Shown: positions 63,875 through 64,000 of the stretch, in pieces
Position numbering within the stretch: position 1 is the first letter of the stretch
Layout of the letters: each line of letters begins with the position of its first letter
Source: Bacteroidales bacterium
GTDB lineage: Bacteria; Bacteroidota; Bacteroidia; Bacteroidales; UBA3663
DNA length: 64,000 nt
Direction: 5' to 3'
Assembly (NCBI GenBank): GCA_045600445.1
Contig: JAZRXZ010000021.1
Coordinates: 42,577 to 106,576, forward strand
Translations under genes and position numbers: made by a program
Notes under the pieces: generated by a model
What the model was told of the DNA's origin: nothing
What the model saw: the letters and a program-made list of their open reading frames with translations, nothing else
Database searches by the model: none

Positions 63875-64000
63875 TTACAGAGACGGCAGGGACATTCCGA
63901 AGATTTTGCGATATAAATCAAGAGCGTAGACGTCGGTCATGCCACTGATATAGTCGAGGACTGCCATGATGCGCGGATAAACGCCCTCAGCTCGTGTCTC
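63875..64000 (-). CDS. dgt: dGTP triphosphohydrolase-family protein, C-terminal fragment (N-terminus beyond window edge)
   Basis: Hand translation of the minus strand gives ..ETRAEGVYPRIMAVLDYISGMTDVYALDLYRKIFGMSLPSL with a stop at 63875-63877. DYI[AS]GMTDxYA is the conserved dGTPase C-terminal motif. Confidence 0.65.
   Translation of the reverse strand, partial: ETRAEGVYPRIMAVLDYISGMTDVYALDLYRKIFGMSLPSL

Noticed and set aside
1-64000. Search for mobile elements, integrases, toxin-antitoxin or defence-system genes
   Set aside because: No ORF showed transposase, integrase, recombinase, nuclease or NTPase-defence motifs. All long ORFs are explained by pilus or glycan functions, the two unknown paralogs, VanZ, AraC, the sensor or dGTPase.

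Overview
This 64-kb segment reads like a Bacteroidales chromosome, possibly Prevotellaceae (taxonomy is inference). The cues are SpII lipoboxes of the ..SC(T/S)D type, TTTG-N20-TAnnTTTG promoters, and fimbrillin-family and DUF3575-like proteins. Every credible gene (about 48) is on the minus strand; all long plus-strand ORFs look like antisense shadows. All family calls are motif recognition by eye; no HMM or BLAST was run.

Left part (1-23083): one very large type V (FimA/Mfa-like) pilus or surface-lipoprotein operon.
- It opens with a DUF3575-like outer-membrane protein and a candidate anchor lipoprotein.
- Ten consecutive fimbrillin-type lipoproteins follow. Four are 720-800-aa double-module proteins and one is a 1020-aa fimbrillin-GLUG-repeat fusion.
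- The last gene runs off the window edge and is missing from the ORF track.
- Composition breaks abruptly at about 16244-16280.
- A 42-bp-period tandem repeat array sits in an internal 331-bp gap.

Right part (23268-63853): a composite surface-glycan super-locus.
- wza-wzc-(OM beta-barrel)-(LruC-like lipoprotein)-wecA.
- An AT-rich Wzx/Wzy cassette with GT2/GT4 transferases, acetyl/acyl and pyruvyl transferases, LicD, and two paralogs of an uncharacterised PP-loop-like protein.
- A VanZ plus HTH-only AraC pair, preceded by a second 42-bp hairpin array.
- An ABC-transporter (Wzm/Wzt) module with Glf, an IspD/TarI-type cytidylyltransferase and a MATE transporter.
- A final module with a second Wzx, an APH-type kinase, a GT26-GT4 fusion and an orphan HTCS-type propeller sensor that has no cytoplasmic domains.

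A dGTPase C-terminus occupies the right edge. No rRNA, tRNA, CRISPR, transposase or integrase was recognised.
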